From assembly GCA_907165135.1 (NCBI GenBank), contig OU015567.1, forward strand, positions 12,028,001-12,092,000: a stretch of 64,000 nt of DNA, written 5' to 3'. The translations under genes and the position numbers were made by a program. This DNA comes from Oikopleura dioica (Eukaryota; Animalia; Chordata). The notes under the pieces were generated by a model. The model was given only the letters and a program-made list of their open reading frames with translations. It was not told the DNA's origin and did no database searches. Below are positions 60,101-64,000 of this stretch, in pieces (positions within the stretch are counted from its first letter, which is position 1; each line of letters opens with the position of its first letter).

Positions 60101-63100
60101 TCGCTAAAAGTTTTGAAAGTAGAAAAAGTCAGAAAACAACTCCGCTAAGCCGGAAACTGAGACGATAAGAAGACAAGACTTGAAAGGGACTCTATAAAAA
60201 TATTAGCTCATCGGCGAAAAAAAGAGTGATTCTGAAGCAAGATCAAAATTTGCTTATTCCATTATTATTTTGAAACTTGCTCTTCATTAAACCCCAAATG
60301 CTCTCAATCTTTCTGTGAGTCAGCTCTCTTTGCCACTTTGTAACTATCGATTTTCTTTTTTTAAACATGCGTCAAAACAGTAATTACTTACGAGCAATAC
60401 ACTCGAAAATCCTCGAGATTTTTCTCCGCGCAAGGTGCAATTTTCTTTTAACTCCGCTAATTCGCCGGCTTCTGAGTTTCTGAGTTTGAAAAAGTGACAG
60501 TTCAAAGCACCTCTGAGCTTGGAAATGTCTATCCAGTGACGAGTTAAACTCTCGGGGAGATCCTTGGAAATGGAATACGGAGGTACAAAGTAGTAAATTG
60601 GAACGAAAATCTGTAATCTACGGATCAATCAATAGGATTGACATGGACAAGGAAACGACCACGCAATTGATTATTATGGATTGAACAGCTGTCACTTGAA
60701 TTTCATGACTTCTTACGTGTACTGGATGAGTTTTGTTCATTATAGACTATAATTTATAGTAAAATTTTTTTTGAAAGTAAATGGCCGATCCTTCGTCCTT
60801 ATCACTTTTCACTCGAGTTCTATATTTCAAGTACGAACGATTTATTTAAAATAAAGAAAAAGAGCTAGAAAAAGCGCTAGACGGCCAAAGAGGCACGCGG
60901 TTTCCCGTTTTTCTCGAAGATGGGAAACTAAAGAGACCGCCGCAAATTATCTCGGCGAAATTTGAATTCTCCTAACGATCCCTCAAAAACACATTTTTCT
61001 CCCATTCCGGATCTTTTTGCTCAACGTTTTTTATGATGACGCATTTGTTTTTATGATTATTATTTAATTCAGTAAATAAATAAGGGATTTACAGAGTAGA
61101 AAGTCGAAGTAGCGGGAATTCTTGCCGTAGATTTTCTTCTGACTCGAATTTCAATGATTCGTAGCTTTCATCAGCTTTATTAAATTTTAGATTTGCGCAA
61201 ATGTAAAACTTCGAGAAGTCATTTTAAAAATGAGTTGCACTTGGTTTGGACCTCTTTTTAACCCTTCAAATGGCCAGAAGAGGGCGCCAAACACATTTGA
61301 TTCTCAGCGGGATAGAATCAAGATCTGCCCTGGTTCGATGGTTTTCAAGCTACTGATTATCATCTACAAAGAGCTAATTTGGTTCGTCCCAAAAACTAGT
61401 AAAAACGGAACAAGTCTTTCTACGACTTCTCCTTGGTTACATAATTTTTCATTTTAAAAACCACTAGAACCTGAGTCGAGATTTTGGGTCTAAGAAATCA
61501 CAACGTGATAAGGATTTGATAAGAGGAAGTCATTTATGCCCCCAATTGGCGATTTCCCGAGGTGGTTATGTAACTCATTTCAAATCGAAGATGCGATCAT
61601 TTGCTGCGAATTCAAGGCACGGACCTGGCAGTATCTGATATGAAGTCAGTTGCGAGTTCCAAGTGACGTTTCCACTCTGAATGCAAAGTTGACACCGAGT
61701 TACTAAGACTCTTGTCGCTGCTTTGAATTTTTTCCTCTTTCTTTTTTTAAATTCTGTTCTGCTTAAAAGTTATAACATTCTTACGGCGAGACAACTACTG
61801 TAAAAAGAAGGAATGTCGAGTTCAAGTGCTTTTTTCGAAATAAAATGTAAATAAAAGTGAACTTGACGCCATCTGAGAATCCACGTAACTTGTGGAATTA
61901 TTTTTAGCGTGAAATATCACTGTGGTTGTAGTACAACTCTCCATGCTAATTTCAGGAACAGCTCCCTCCTCAGCTCGAGCTCAGACAATTTGATAAGCAC
62001 TAGCGTTCGCCCACAGCCCTGTATTAGAAAAAAACCTCGATTGTGGTCAAAAATAACGCATCCGCTTTAATCAGCAGCCAGGGCCAATTTCGAACAATTT
62101 AAAAATTTTTGCCCTTACCTCGAAAAATGAGCGAACTTGTGGGTCGGCCTTCTTTGAATCTGAGCTAGCAAAATACGATCATTAAATTTTGTGGATGTGA
62201 ACACTTTGCTACGGCCCTTGAGTTGACGGGTTAAATTGAAGAAGTCGCCGGCGTCGATTTCCGGAATTGGTGGTTTTGGGTCTGAAAAAAACACTATTTT
62301 TGTGAATTTGAAAATTTAATTAGCAATAATTTGCATAAAAAAGGATACTTACTAGCACTGAGCATTTGTCTAGCTCGTTCCTTGTCCGTTGTACTCTGTT
62401 TTCGTTTCCTGAAAATGTTAGAAACAATTTATTTTGAAAGTGTGGAAGTGAACAAGTTTGGATTCGCGTGATTTTTCGAAATTATGCGAAACACGTGTTC
62501 GATAATATTGAATCCGTAACAAGCTGTGAATCCATTCTTAGAACACTCGAAATCTGACTAATTCTTAAACGATCAGCAGGAGCAGTTTCTTATCGTGTTC
62601 AAAGGTTACCAAAGGAGTGCGATAAGCGACGAGGGGTTAAGGGAATTCCCTTACACGCCACAAGTAATTTTACAACATTCTAAAATCATTATCGAACTCT
62701 TTGATAACCTCTCATTCTTGTCCTAATTGTTAAAATATTCGTCCTAGTTTCTCCAAAAACAACATAAAACATGAACGTTAGTCGATTGTGCAACACTTAA
62801 TTTTTGAGCAGATATATCAAAGAAGATCATATTTTACGTTTTTACCGTTTATATGAGCTTCGCTACAGGCCTCGTCATCCTTTTGACATTTCGCTTTTTC
62901 TTGCTTTTGTCTTTGTAAACGATGAGAAATTCCAGTGTCAAAATTTTTTACCACGAAGATATTTCACACGTAAATTTGAACCAGTATTGGTTCATTGTAA
63001 ACACGCAATGCTGGCTAATCAGGTACTGATTGCCCTGTATGTTACAGTTCTACTTGCAGAAGAATTTCTTCTCCGCGCTTTTTCATTCTTGAAATCGCGA

Positions 63101-63709
63101 ATTTCAAGAATCAAAGCTGATTTTTGGCCATTTTTTTCTCACAATTTTCTGAATTGAACGATCGTCGCTATCAGGTGTTGGAAACTGTATCTGAAGAAGA
63201 GCAAGCAGGGGACGACCATAACCTAAAATCGTTGATTTTGAGAAGATTAAAGGTATTTTGATTTTGAAGCGCCATAAAAACTATTTCAGACTTTTTAATG
63301 AGATAAAGCGGTCGCTGTAAAATCATCAATAAAATCAGCCTCAATGAAAGAAAAAGGCCGACATTCCTATGATTTGAAATGAAGATCACGTTTTTGTTAT
63401 TTCTTGTGACGTGAGATAAAGTAACCTGCCCGGACGCTTTAGGACAGTGATCTTTTTTCGAGGGGATCTGCTTCACTTCAGGACGGAAGTGGCACGTGAC
63501 GCGGCCGGACAGATGAGACGTGCTCGGAAAAATACCACCAGAAAATGGTCGACATTGGGATAGAACAACTTCCGCAACTTACTCAAAGTCAAAAAACGAA
63601 GCAGAGGGAAGGCTTCAAACCTTCCAAAACCGGAAAAACTTTTCGGAAAACTTTCTAAACCTGTCTTTTTTGATTAAAAAATGACGACAAATTTGAGTAA
63701 AATTTTTAA

Positions 63710-63744
63710 CCAATCAGATGTCCGCATTCAGCCGCTAGTCCAAT
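63710..63744 (+). promoter_or_regulatory. Paired CCAATCAGAT boxes 30 bp apart (NF-Y-like)
   Basis: CCAATCAGAT at 63710 and 63740. CGGAAGT and CACGTGAC motifs at about 63484-63500. Associated gene not identified. Confidence 0.35.
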
Positions 63745-64000
63745 CAGATTTTAGGAAAAACTTGAGTTATTTTTCGCATTTTTTGTCGATTTGGGTATGT
63801 AAATTTTTCATCATTGACTCAAGTGGAGAATAACTGCGCTAAAAAGTCCTCAAAAAAGCTTATTCAAAAGCTTAAAAAGCTCTTAACTTGCAAATTTCAA
63901 TGGAGATTTATTCGATGAGCCCCCGAAAAGCAAGCTCTTTTATTTATTGTTGGCTTTAATCTTGCCTTTGGGAAACTTTCAAAGCGCAGGTCGCAGTCCC

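Noticed and set aside
59319-63476. Short ORFs including the 127-aa and 117-aa frames
   Set aside because: No motif, codon-bias or paralog support.
1-64000. tRNA, rRNA or snRNA genes
   Set aside because: No cloverleaf, T-loop context or conserved rRNA/snRNA sequence recognised by eye; tRNAscan-SE/Infernal would be decisive.

Overview
Eukaryotic, gene-dense, AT-rich DNA with 38-110 nt introns and many GA-AG (one GC-AG) splice junctions. By inference this is a larvacean tunicate (Oikopleura dioica-like). I hand-spliced these genes: (1) the 3' half of an ABCA transporter, whose first visible intron is almost filled by an antisense intronless orphan ORF; (2) a secreted CUB+ZP gene with a MITE (8-bp TSD) inserted in a coding exon; (3) a 476-aa group II PLP aromatic amino-acid decarboxylase; (4) a nephrin/Sns-type 9Ig-FN3-TM adhesion gene; (5) a second ZP gene; (6) a giant Cys-repeat type I membrane protein of about 7,415 aa, with one 20-kb exon and a single -1 frameshift; (7) four two-exon 45-46 aa micropeptide genes at 53.3-55.6 kb that the ORF track misses. 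The micropeptides are two paralog types (A, B) in a mirror arrangement A<-|->B...B<-|->A, under clear purifying selection. I could not assign them to any family, and they are the best candidate for an undescribed system. Regions 8-11.5 kb, 13.3-21.8 kb and 55.7-64 kb probably hold more short-exon genes that I could not resolve. All family assignments come from motif recognition by eye; no database searches were run.
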